From: an uncultured Spirochaetales bacterium
GTDB taxonomy: Bacteria; Spirochaetota; Spirochaetia; DSM-27196; DATKUC01
DNA: 64,000 nt
NCBI GenBank assembly: GCA_964553615.1
Contig: CAZKMA010000001.1
Span: 14,209 to 78,208, forward strand
Reading direction: 5' to 3'
Shown one piece after another: positions 19,967 through 28,710 of the stretch. The notes under the pieces are model-generated. The model was not told the DNA's origin, searched no databases, and worked only from the letters and a program-made list of their open reading frames with translations. Position numbers and translations under genes: made by a program. Position 1 is the first letter of the stretch, and each line of letters begins with the position of its first letter.

Positions 19967-20594
19967 CTACAGGCGGGTTGGTTCTTTCCCGCGCATTTTT
20001 GTTCTCATACTGCTTGTCCTCGTGCTCCTGTTTGGAGGGCTCCTCTGGTTCGACTATCTGGGAATTATTGACGTAAAATCGACGCTTCAACCGGTCCTCT
20101 CGCCGGTCCTCTCGCTTGTGGGGATAAAACAGCAGACGGCTCCTCCGCCAAGTGACAGTCCACTTCTGCTTGACTCAGCTCGATTGCAGAAGGCTCAGGA
20201 ATCGCTTCTGATTCGTGAACAGGACCTGCAGAAGCAGGAACAGCTGCTGAAAGAGGAATCGACGAAGCTGGACACGAAGGCAGCGGAAATCAAGGACCGG
20301 GAAACGAAACTTGCAGATCAGGAAAAATCGTTCAATGAAAAGCTGAAACAATACGACAATAGAAGAGCGAACCTGATTACGAACTCGGAGTACTTGACGA
20401 ATATGCCGCCCGACCAGGCGGTTGCCATTATGGCCAAGTACGACGATCAGCTTCTGATCGATACCCTGCGGGTAACGGATGAGCTGGCAAAACAGTCAGG
20501 GAAGGCTTCGCTTGTGCCATACTGGCTGTCGAAACTGCCGCCTGCGAGGGTTGCGGAAATACAGAACAAGATGGCCATCAAACCCAGTCAATAG
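19959..20594 (+). CDS. flbB: Spirochaete flagellar protein FlbB (MotE/MgtE-N-like domain)
   Basis: N-terminal TM, coiled coil, and C-terminal MgtE-intracellular-like segment (PPDQAVAIMAKYDDQLLIDTL...LSKLPPARVAEI). Occupies the flbB slot of the Borrelia operon order. Confidence 0.6.
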   Translation: MSDYRRVGSFPRIFVLILLVLVLLFGGLLWFDYLGIIDVKSTLQPVLSPVLSLVGIKQQTAPPPSDSPLLLDSARLQKAQESLLIREQDLQKQEQLLKEESTKLDTKAAEIKDRETKLADQEKSFNEKLKQYDNRRANLITNSEYLTNMPPDQAVAIMAKYDDQLLIDTLRVTDELAKQSGKASLVPYWLSKLPPARVAEIQNKMAIKPSQ

Positions 20595-20607
20595 CTGGAG
20601 GTAGTGT

Positions 20608-22221
20608 GTGACCGTCGGCCAGCCCGAAAATCTGATCTACACGCTGAGTGGCTCTCGAAAGAGCTCAACTCAAACTGAATCGTTTGGCCTCCTTCAGCAA
20701 TCGAATGGTTCCACGTCCTTTCAGTCACTTATGGATTCCCTTACCTCGATACAGAGAACGGCTCATGAACGTCCCAGACCGGGAAGCCCGGATAGCCCGT
20801 ACGATTCATCGGCAGCGGTTCAGGCAATTTACACGCCGGATTCACTCCCGTCAAAGAGTGTCGGGTCTGGAGAAAAGCCTGCGTCGCGTAGCGACAGTGT
20901 CTCCTCGGACGCAAAGAGTACCCATAGCGCCGGCTCGAGTTCTTCCGGCATCTCCGACGGTTCTCCGGCGTCCGGCGGCGGAGAAAAGAAGTCGGGCGGG
21001 GCAGAAGGTACCACCGGTTCAAAAGATTCCAACCCGGCGCAGGATGCCGGCAGGAACAGTTCCACGCAGACCGTGAAAGGCACTCCGCAAGAGACGGGTG
21101 GAAGTGCCAAACCGGCGGATGCCGGGAAGAAAGCAGGCAGTCTGGTGGGTAAGGTGAAGCAGCCATCAGAACATGCACAGCAGGATGTCGCCACGAACAA
21201 CTCGAAGAAGACCAAAGAGGGGGCCCGGAACTCGGCTGCCCTGCACAACGCAGAGAAGGCCGCAGGTGATGTTGGCAAGGTGGTGAATGCGGCGAAAAAT
21301 CCCGTCAGGGAGGGCGCGACGCATGCACAACGCCAACCGACAATTGCGCGCGTTGGTGACCTCGTTGGAAACGGCAAGCTGCTTGCGGTTCACGATCTGC
21401 GGTCGGGCACAAACGCCGCCACGCATGCCGTGCGGGCGGGAAGCGGCCTTACCTCCACTCTCCTCAACGCCCTTCATGCGTCAGCGAACGGGAGTTCGGG
21501 TGGCAAGGCCGGCGGTAATGGCGCAGGCAATCACCCGGGTGCTCAACATTCACACTCGGGGGGCCAGGAGCAAGTCCAGTCGGTTCCACGGGCTGGAAGC
21601 GAGATTGCGCAGGAGCTCGTTCGCATGCGGCAGCAGGTGGCCGAGCAGGCACCGAGCGATCGACATAGGGCCAGCGAACCCGGGACCGGCAACAGTCAGG
21701 GGATTCTCCCGCTTTCGGCAGGTTCCGGAGCGCAGGCCGGACAGAATGCCCGTCCCGTTTCGGCGCCACAATCGGCAGCGTACACCGAACTGGCACGACA
21801 GCTGCGGGAGAACCTGAATACCGACATCGTCCGGGAAGCGAAAGTCACACTGAAAGATCAGAATTCGGGTGAAATCAAAATGACGCTGAGGCCTGAATCT
21901 CTCGGTCGCGTACGGATTAAGCTTCATATTGTCGACAATCGTATAGGCGGGCAGATTTTTGTCGACAATAAGAATGTGAAAGAAGTGTTTCAGCAGAATT
22001 TGAACCAGCTCTATCAGGCTTTTCAGGACAGCGGTTTTGATACCGGGATGCTCGAAGTAGCCGTTGGCAATGATGGCGGCCAGGAATTGCAACACCGGCA
22101 GTCGCAAAGCCAGCCCGGCTCCCAGGCCGCACGAATTGCGTCCATCGGAATGCTCGAAGGGAGTGTGCCGCGGCTTGTGGATGCCTCGTATGGCGAGAGC
22201 CTCGTGAATCTCGTAGTGTAG
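20608..22221 (+). CDS. fliK: Flagellar hook-length control protein FliK (Tap1/FlbC-like)
   Basis: Long S/G/A/K-rich low-complexity region followed by a Flg_hook C-terminal domain (LRPESLGRVRIKLHIVDNRIGGQIFVDNKNVKEVFQQNLNQL). Lies upstream of flgD-flgE. Confidence 0.8.
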   Translation: MTVGQPENLIYTLSGSRKSSTQTESFGLLQQSNGSTSFQSLMDSLTSIQRTAHERPRPGSPDSPYDSSAAVQAIYTPDSLPSKSVGSGEKPASRSDSVSSDAKSTHSAGSSSSGISDGSPASGGGEKKSGGAEGTTGSKDSNPAQDAGRNSSTQTVKGTPQETGGSAKPADAGKKAGSLVGKVKQPSEHAQQDVATNNSKKTKEGARNSAALHNAEKAAGDVGKVVNAAKNPVREGATHAQRQPTIARVGDLVGNGKLLAVHDLRSGTNAATHAVRAGSGLTSTLLNALHASANGSSGGKAGGNGAGNHPGAQHSHSGGQEQVQSVPRAGSEIAQELVRMRQQVAEQAPSDRHRASEPGTGNSQGILPLSAGSGAQAGQNARPVSAPQSAAYTELARQLRENLNTDIVREAKVTLKDQNSGEIKMTLRPESLGRVRIKLHIVDNRIGGQIFVDNKNVKEVFQQNLNQLYQAFQDSGFDTGMLEVAVGNDGGQELQHRQSQSQPGSQAARIASIGMLEGSVPRLVDASYGESLVNLVV

Positions 22222-22230
22222 GAGTGAGAT

Positions 22231-22665
22231 ATGGATCTGAGTACTACCATGAACAGCCAGGACCTTGCCAGGACCAAGATGCAGGTCGACACGCTCAACG
22301 CAACGCTGAACAACGGAAAAAAAATCAAGCACTCACTCGGGAAGGATGATTTCCTGAAGCTGCTTATCACGCAGCTTACTCATCAGGACCCATCGCAACC
22401 GATGAAAGATCAGGCATTCATTGCGCAGATGGCGCAGTTTTCCACACTCGAGCAGATGACGAACATGGCACAAGGGTTCACCAACATCTCGAACCTGCTG
22501 AAATCCGGCGAGGCTATGAATCTCCTCGGAAAGACCGTGGACGTTTCGGCAGGTGACAAGACTATAACCGGGGTCGTCGATCAGGTGTCCAGTGGCCAGT
22601 ACCCACAGGTTCTTGTAGACGGAAACTTCTATGATTACAGCCAGGTTGTACATATTAAGAAATAG
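22231..22665 (+). CDS. flgD: Flagellar hook assembly (capping) protein FlgD
   Basis: [37 protein letters not shown] motif. Confidence 0.93.
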   Translation: MDLSTTMNSQDLARTKMQVDTLNATLNNGKKIKHSLGKDDFLKLLITQLTHQDPSQPMKDQAFIAQMAQFSTLEQMTNMAQGFTNISNLLKSGEAMNLLGKTVDVSAGDKTITGVVDQVSSGQYPQVLVDGNFYDYSQVVHIKK

Positions 22666-22679
22666 GGGGACGTGAGCCT

Positions 22680-24083
22680 ATGATGCGATCACTATGGGCC
22701 GGTGTTTCCGGTCTCGAGAATCATCAGATCCGAATGGACGTCATTGGTAACAACATTTCCAATGTAAACACCACCGGATTCAAGAAAGGGCGTGTGCAAT
22801 TTCAGGATCTGATTTCTCAAACTATGGAAGGGGCTTCACGACCTCAGGTCAACCTTGGCGGGGTGAATCCGAAACAGGTTGGTCTTGGAATGAACGTGGC
22901 CTCAATAGACACCATTCATACCCAGGGTTCCCTTGAGACTACCGGGGTGAAAACCGACGTTGCCATTGAAGGAGACGGAATGTTCGTCCTTCGAAAGGGT
23001 GATCAGAAGTACTTCACCAGGGCCGGAGCCTTCGGATTGGATGCTGATGGCGTGCTCGTGAATCCCGCCAACGGAATGCGCGTCCAGGGTTGGAAAGCGC
23101 AGACCACGAACGGACAGACTTTCATCAACACGTCGGCCGATACAACCGACCTGCAGATTCCGGTGGGAGGCAAGGATCCGGCGCACGAAACCACGCAGGT
23201 GGACCTGATGTGCAACCTGAACAAGAATACTCCAATAGTTCCGCCAAACCCAACGGCCGCAGAGACTCGTGATGGTACATGGACGGTAACCAAGCAGGTA
23301 TTTGATCCGTTCGGCGTGAAACATGATTTGCAGATGGTGTTCAGCCGAGTTGCCAACGCACCCAACCAGTGGCAGGGAACGGTAACCATAGACCCGAACA
23401 CCGCGAACCCTATTACGCCCCAGGTTTCAATTGGAGGAACTCAGGGTCCGAACAATACCGTACTGGTTCAATTTGGCAATGACGGGACACTACAGTCGGT
23501 AACAAACGCGGCCGGAGGCGTGGACAACACTGGTGCACTGAATGTCAATGTAACTTTCCCGGTCCCGGATCAGACTACCCCGGTTAATGCCGCAGGACAG
23601 CCTGGGCCACCGTTGAATCAGACGTTCAGCATGAACCTGGGAACCGTTGGATCGTACACGGATTCAATGACTCAGTTCAGTTCACAAAGTTCCACCAAGA
23701 TTTTCAAACAGGACGGCTACCCGATGGGGTACCTGCAGGACTTTCGGATTGACCAGAGTGGCGTGATCACCGGAGTCTTCTCCAACGGAACAAAACGTCC
23801 GCTCGGTCAGCTGGCCATGGCGAACTTCGTAAATCCCGGCGGACTCGAGAAGGCAGGCGAAAACACGTACGTCCAGAGTATCAACTCCGGAGAGGCGGAC
23901 ATCGCACCGTCCGGACTTGCGGGACGGGGCAAGTTTATCGCGGGTGCGCTTGAAATGAGCAACGTGGATCTGGCACAGGCGTTTGCCGACATGATAGTCA
24001 CCGAACGTGGCTTCCAGGCGAACAGTAAGACAATACAGACGTCCGACCAGATGCTCCAGGAGCTCTTAACACTGAAAAGGTAA
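22680..24083 (+). CDS. flgE: Flagellar hook protein FlgE
   Basis: MMRSLWAGVSGL..IGNNISNVNTTGFK N-terminus. C-terminal LEMSNVDLAQAFADMIVTERGFQANSKTIQTSDQMLQELL. Lys165 and Cys178 present. Confidence 0.96.
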   Translation: MMRSLWAGVSGLENHQIRMDVIGNNISNVNTTGFKKGRVQFQDLISQTMEGASRPQVNLGGVNPKQVGLGMNVASIDTIHTQGSLETTGVKTDVAIEGDGMFVLRKGDQKYFTRAGAFGLDADGVLVNPANGMRVQGWKAQTTNGQTFINTSADTTDLQIPVGGKDPAHETTQVDLMCNLNKNTPIVPPNPTAAETRDGTWTVTKQVFDPFGVKHDLQMVFSRVANAPNQWQGTVTIDPNTANPITPQVSIGGTQGPNNTVLVQFGNDGTLQSVTNAAGGVDNTGALNVNVTFPVPDQTTPVNAAGQPGPPLNQTFSMNLGTVGSYTDSMTQFSSQSSTKIFKQDGYPMGYLQDFRIDQSGVITGVFSNGTKRPLGQLAMANFVNPGGLEKAGENTYVQSINSGEADIAPSGLAGRGKFIAGALEMSNVDLAQAFADMIVTERGFQANSKTIQTSDQMLQELLTLKR

Positions 24084-24103
24084 CGAGGTATAGTGTTGCG
24101 TAA

Positions 24104-24301
24104 ATGGTAAAAGTAACGCGTCTTGATGGAGTTTCGTACTATGTGAATCCCCATCAGATCGAATATATCGAGATAAATCCAGACACAACACTTATCATGC
24201 TTTCCGGCAAGCGTCTGGTGGTCCGAGAGGACTACCAGACCGTTTTTGATTCGATCGTCGCCTACCGTCGCCAGATTGGTGCCTTTAAGAACGAGGAGTA
24301 A
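24104..24301 (+). CDS. flbD: Flagellar protein FlbD (SwrD-like)
   Basis: 65 aa, MVKVTRLDG..YYVNPHQIEYIE pattern. Canonical slot between flgE and motA. Confidence 0.88.
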   Translation: MVKVTRLDGVSYYVNPHQIEYIEINPDTTLIMLSGKRLVVREDYQTVFDSIVAYRRQIGAFKNEE

Positions 24302-24306
24302 GCAGA

Positions 24307-25092
24307 ATGGATCTCGGAACGATCATCGGCTTGATTGGAGGATCTGCCCTCGTCATAATCTCGATCGCACTTGGCGGCGCCGGGTTCAATATCTATCTGT
24401 CCTTGAGTTCATTTGTCCTGGTATTTGGTGGGTCTTTCGGCGCACTGATGATCAGCAATCCGTTGAGCAGAATTCTGGGACTGATCCGATACCTGAATCA
24501 TGCCTTTCGAATTCCCGATCTCCGGGAAGAGAAAATCATCAGTGATCTTGTAGCGTTTTCCGAACGCGCGCGGCGGGAGGGACTCCTGGCGCTGGAAGAC
24601 AATCTCGACGAGGTAGAAGACGAGTTCATGAGGAAGGGAATCCAGCTGGTCGTTGACGGTACCGACCCGGAAATAATCAAGAGTATTCTGTACAACGAGC
24701 TGAATCAGGTTCAAGAACGACACGAGAGTGGCATCAAGATTTTTGACGACTGGGGGAGACTGGCTCCGGCATTCGGTATGATCGGAACATTGATCGGACT
24801 GATTGCAATGCTGGCAAACCTCGGTGGCGATAAGACCGCTATCGGGCAGGGCATGGGGCTTGCACTGATAACGACCTTGTACGGGGCACTGGTTGCGAAT
24901 CTGGTGCTTATTCCGGTGAAGAATAAACTGGAAGATCGAGACAAGGATGAGACGCGGGTAAAGGAGATTATCATAGAAGGGATCCTCTCCATCCAGTCGG
25001 GCGACAACCCGCGGATCCTGCTCGAAAAGCTCATCTCGTTCCTGCCGCCAAGGCAGCGTGAATCCCTGCGGCAGGAGACGGTTCGAGAGTAG
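24307..25092 (+). CDS. motA: Flagellar stator protein MotA
   Basis: 4-TM MotA/TolQ/ExbB family (PAFGMIGTLIGLI, ALITTLYGALVANLVLIP). Confidence 0.95.
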   Translation: MDLGTIIGLIGGSALVIISIALGGAGFNIYLSLSSFVLVFGGSFGALMISNPLSRILGLIRYLNHAFRIPDLREEKIISDLVAFSERARREGLLALEDNLDEVEDEFMRKGIQLVVDGTDPEIIKSILYNELNQVQERHESGIKIFDDWGRLAPAFGMIGTLIGLIAMLANLGGDKTAIGQGMGLALITTLYGALVANLVLIPVKNKLEDRDKDETRVKEIIIEGILSIQSGDNPRILLEKLISFLPPRQRESLRQETVRE

Positions 25093-25103
25093 GGGAAGGC
25101 CCA

Positions 25104-25832
25104 ATGCCGGCACCAAAAAGAAAAAAGAAGCAGAGCGAAGGAACGCCGGACTGGATGGTTACGTATGGCGATATGACCACGCTGTTGCTGACGTTTTTCA
25201 TCTTCATGTTCACTACTGCGGAAATAAACGGTTACAAGCTGCAGCTTATTCTTGCTGCTTTTCAGGGCCTCGGGTCACTGGACGGCGGGAACACTCTTCA
25301 GCATGGAAAACTTGCCGAGCTTGGCAACACCGTAATGAGCCTTCCGTCAATGCAGCCCGGTCGTGCTCTCGACAAGGCACGACGGCAGGCAATTTCGCTC
25401 TTCGAGCCGGAAATCCGAAGCAAGACCGTCCGGGTTACCGAGGACGAGCGGGGACTGGTCATCAGTCTCGCCGCAGACGCATTTTTCAGGCCGGCGAGCG
25501 CGGAGGTGAATATCGAGGCAAGCAGGTCGCTCCTGCAACGCGTTGCAACGTTGTTATCGAGTAAGGACCTGTCCGGACGGAAGTTTCGTATAGAAGGACA
25601 TACCGATTCGGCCCCAACGGATCCTAACGGGCCATGGCCATCTAACTGGGAACTTTCCGCCGCACGCGCGGCGAACGTTCTCCACTATCTGGTGGACTTC
25701 GGCGTGAACGAGAAGCAGTTCCAGATCATGGGGCTTGCCGACACCGTGCCTCTCATGAGTAACGCTACGCCCGAGGGCAGAGCCTACAACAGACGGGTTG
25801 ACATTGTCGTCCTGTCGAGTGGCAATCTGTAA
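25104..25832 (+). CDS. motB: Flagellar stator protein MotB (OmpA-like C-terminus)
   Basis: PDWMVTYGDMTTLLLTFF with the conserved Asp. OmpA-like PG-binding domain (IEGHTDS...NWELSAARAANV...NRRVDIVV). Confidence 0.95.
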   Translation: MPAPKRKKKQSEGTPDWMVTYGDMTTLLLTFFIFMFTTAEINGYKLQLILAAFQGLGSLDGGNTLQHGKLAELGNTVMSLPSMQPGRALDKARRQAISLFEPEIRSKTVRVTEDERGLVISLAADAFFRPASAEVNIEASRSLLQRVATLLSSKDLSGRKFRIEGHTDSAPTDPNGPWPSNWELSAARAANVLHYLVDFGVNEKQFQIMGLADTVPLMSNATPEGRAYNRRVDIVVLSSGNL

Positions 25833-25837
25833 TTCTC

Positions 25838-25867
25838 TGACCGGTGCCGATGATAGATGCTATACTA
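25838..25867 (+). promoter_or_regulatory. Candidate internal sigma-70-type promoter upstream of fliL (cTGACC-N18-TGcTATACT)
   Basis: -35-like CTGACC at 25838-25843. Extended -10 TGcTATACT at 25859-25867. Lies in the 54-nt motB-fliL gap, with SD GGAG before ATG 25887. Confidence 0.3.
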
Positions 25868-25886
25868 CTGTTAGCGGAGATTCGAG

Positions 25887-26438
25887 ATGTCAGATGAACT
25901 GTTTGAAGCCGAAGAAGATGTGGGTGGAGGCGATCAGGCCGGTAAGAAACGGGTCGGCTTCCTGCCCGGTGTGGTCATCCAGATGCTCAAGTGGGTGGCA
26001 ATCATTCTTGGCGCCGTCATATTCATTGTTACCGTAGTGGTCATAACGGTGAACATCCTGAACCGCGGCAGCAAGGCGCAGAGCCAGGAGCCGTTGTCGG
26101 CTCAATATCAGGCAACGAAACCGATTTATGCCTATTTTTCGGAAATCGGAGAGATTCGTGGACGGACCGCGGACTCGGTTCCGCACACCGTGATCGTGGA
26201 TCCGGTTCTCGGCTTCGACCCGAATAACAAAGCGTTGCAGGCGGAGCTCGGTCAGCGGGTCCCGGAGATCCGGGACATCGTTATCCGTTATTTCATTTCA
26301 AAGACCGCGTCGGAGCTTGATGGTCAGGCGAATATGCAGCGAGTGAAGGACGATCTGCGGGAGGAGATAAATCGAATTCTGGCAAATGGGAAGATTGCGG
26401 AGGTATTCTTTAAGAGTTACAACGTGGTTGAATTTTAA
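25887..26438 (+). CDS. fliL: Flagellar basal body-associated protein FliL
   Basis: Single TM followed by a FliL domain (IRGRTAD..HTVIVDPVLGF...IRDIVIRYFISKT...LREEINRIL). Confidence 0.9.
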   Translation: MSDELFEAEEDVGGGDQAGKKRVGFLPGVVIQMLKWVAIILGAVIFIVTVVVITVNILNRGSKAQSQEPLSAQYQATKPIYAYFSEIGEIRGRTADSVPHTVIVDPVLGFDPNNKALQAELGQRVPEIRDIVIRYFISKTASELDGQANMQRVKDDLREEINRILANGKIAEVFFKSYNVVEF

Positions 26439-26499
26439 TCGATAGTGTGTATGAATTCAGGGTGAACCCCGGGGAGGGGCTCTTAAGGCGGGGACGAAC

Positions 26500-27525
26500 A
26501 TGACGGAAGTGCTATCCCAGGACGAAATTGATCAGTTGCTTACGGCAATTTCGTCAGGGGACATCGAAACCGAAGAAATTCATCAGCCGGCTGACCAGCG
26601 GAAGATCAAAATATATGACTTCAAGCGGCCGGACAAGTTTTCGAAGGAACAGATTCGAACGGTTTCGATCATGCATGAAACCTTTGCTCGCCTGACAACG
26701 ACTGCGCTCAGTGCTCAGCTCCGGAGTCTTGCTCAGGTACATGTTGCGTCGGTTGATCAGCTCACCTACGAAGAGTTCATTCGTTCCATTCCGAATCCGA
26801 CCACTCTTGCCGTAATAAACATGGATCCTCTGAAGGGATCGGCAATCCTCGAGATAGACCCTGCAATAACTTTTTCAGTAATAGACAGACTGTTCGGCGG
26901 CCAGGGCGAGGGTCCGAAGGTTACGCGTGAACTCACCGACATCGAGCAGTCGGTTATGGAAGGCATAATTGTACGGATTCTGGGAAACATGCGAGAAGCG
27001 TGGAGCCAGGTCATTGATCTTCGGCCCAGACTTGGTCAGATAGAGACAAATCCGCAGTTTGCGCAGATTGTGCCGCCAACTGAAATGGTGGTCCTGGTTA
27101 CCCTCGAAACGAAGGTTGGTGACGTCGAGGGGATGATGAACTTCTGTATTCCTTATCTTACCATCGAACCAATCATATCGAAACTTTCTGCGCAATACAT
27201 GTATTCATCGATCAGACGAGGAGCCACCACCGAAAACCTGAATATTATCCGCGATCGTCTTTCTACCATTGAGGTGACGGTCGTGGCCGAGATTGGACAG
27301 ATGGACCTTACCGTGCGCGATGTGCTTTCGCTTCGTGCGGGGGACGTAATTCGGCTCCCGAATGTTCGAGTGAACGATCCGATGATCCTGAAAATCGGGA
27401 ACCGGCCGAAGTTCCAGTGCAAGCCGGGGCAGGTCGGAAATAAGATGGCGGTGCAGATCATTAAAAAACTCGAGGATATCGAACAGGAAGACTTTGAGGA
27501 ACTGGTCGTCGAAGGAGAAGAGTAA
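26500..27525 (+). CDS. fliM: Flagellar motor switch protein FliM
   Basis: N-terminal CheY-P docking peptide LSQDEIDQLL. FliM middle domain and C-terminal SpoA domain. Confidence 0.96.
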   Translation: MTEVLSQDEIDQLLTAISSGDIETEEIHQPADQRKIKIYDFKRPDKFSKEQIRTVSIMHETFARLTTTALSAQLRSLAQVHVASVDQLTYEEFIRSIPNPTTLAVINMDPLKGSAILEIDPAITFSVIDRLFGGQGEGPKVTRELTDIEQSVMEGIIVRILGNMREAWSQVIDLRPRLGQIETNPQFAQIVPPTEMVVLVTLETKVGDVEGMMNFCIPYLTIEPIISKLSAQYMYSSIRRGATTENLNIIRDRLSTIEVTVVAEIGQMDLTVRDVLSLRAGDVIRLPNVRVNDPMILKIGNRPKFQCKPGQVGNKMAVQIIKKLEDIEQEDFEELVVEGEE

Positions 27526-28622
27526 TGAGTGATGGATCCCTCTCTCAAGATGAAATAGATGCGCTGTTGCAGGGATCAGGGGGAATGGAGTTCGATGAGC
27601 CATCCGCCCCCGGGCAGACAGCAAGCGCAGAAATATCAAACCAGGACCGCAAAGCCTTTCAGCGGCTTATTGCCCAGACTGTTGATGCGCAGGCGTCGAA
27701 TTTTTCAATGCTCGTGAGTAAGGCGGTCTCGATCAAGAAGCCGTTTATTGATGTTGTCGATGCGGCATCCTTCCTGGAGGATCTGGACGACAACCTTGTC
27801 CAGATATCCCTGAACTTCGTCGAAGGTATTTCGGGTGCCCATTCGTATATTCTGCCGGAATCCGGTGCCACCCAGATTGCCGGTTCAATGATGGGACAGG
27901 AAGATGCGGACCTGGACGATGCAGCGCTCAATGCGCTCCAGGAAGCGTTTTCCCAGGTAAGCAGTCCACTCCTGACGTCGATCGGCGATGGTGTGGGAGC
28001 CCAAGTCCTGCCTGACGTCCCGGAGTCCGTTCACGCTGCAAAGGCACAGCTATCACTGCCATCCGGAGAGTTCGTGAAGGTTGTCTATCCAATATCCATG
28101 GAAGGATCCGACGCCTTCGAATTGGTCGAACTGTTCGATGCAGCCACCGTTGCGGAGATCCTTGACCGTGCAGGCTTGAGAACCGAAGCCCCGCCGCGCC
28201 CCGCTCCGCAGCAGGAAGCGCCCCGACAGCAGCAGCCGGCCAACTTTGGCGGACAACCTGCGTTTGGTGGTATGCAGGGTTACGGAATGCAGCAACCCGG
28301 CGGAGCGCAGGTACAATCGGTACAGTTCCCGAATCTTCAGGGCGGAAACATGCAATCCGAACAAGGCAACATCAGTCTTCTGATGGATGTCTACATGGAG
28401 ATGACCGTTGAGCTTGGACGGACTAAGAAACTCATAAAAGAAATTCTTGGAATGGGAGAAGGCACCATTATCGAGCTCGACAAACTTGCAGGGGAACCTG
28501 TGGATATCCTCGTTAATCACAAACTCATTGCAAAGGGCGAGGTAGTGGTGATCGATGAAAACTTTGGAGTTCGAGTAACAGAGATCGTTTCCACTATGGA
28601 AAGATTAAACAATATGACGTAA
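27525..28622 (+). CDS. fliY: Flagellar motor switch protein FliY (long FliN with CheC-like middle domain)
   Basis: N-terminal LSQDEIDALL, CheC-like repeats, Q/P/G-rich linker, and C-terminal FliN/SpoA domain (MEMTVELGRTKKLIKEILGMGEGTIIELDKLAGEPVDILVNHKLIAKGEVVVIDENFGVRVTEI). Confidence 0.9.
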   Translation: MSDGSLSQDEIDALLQGSGGMEFDEPSAPGQTASAEISNQDRKAFQRLIAQTVDAQASNFSMLVSKAVSIKKPFIDVVDAASFLEDLDDNLVQISLNFVEGISGAHSYILPESGATQIAGSMMGQEDADLDDAALNALQEAFSQVSSPLLTSIGDGVGAQVLPDVPESVHAAKAQLSLPSGEFVKVVYPISMEGSDAFELVELFDAATVAEILDRAGLRTEAPPRPAPQQEAPRQQQPANFGGQPAFGGMQGYGMQQPGGAQVQSVQFPNLQGGNMQSEQGNISLLMDVYMEMTVELGRTKKLIKEILGMGEGTIIELDKLAGEPVDILVNHKLIAKGEVVVIDENFGVRVTEIVSTMERLNNMT

Positions 28623-28710
28623 GATGGAAGAGTAACAGGCCACGCAGGACTGCAGACCTGCAAAAGCCGGTGTTGGGAGGGGACATATCAAAAAGAAAGC
28701 CGCTATTCTC

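Noticed and set aside
24246-25564. Alternate-frame + strand ORFs inside motA and motB (24246..24545, 25058..25564)
   Set aside because: They overlap well-supported MotA and MotB frames. Their products are R/P/G-rich nonsense typical of off-frame translation.
25828-25854. GCCGATGA in the motB-fliL gap, considered as a sigma-28 -10 element
   Set aside because: The only TAAA-like element upstream (TAAT, 25831-25834) lies 12 nt away rather than about 15 nt, and the tetramer at the correct distance is TGTT. The extended -10 sigma-70 reading of the same gap fits better.
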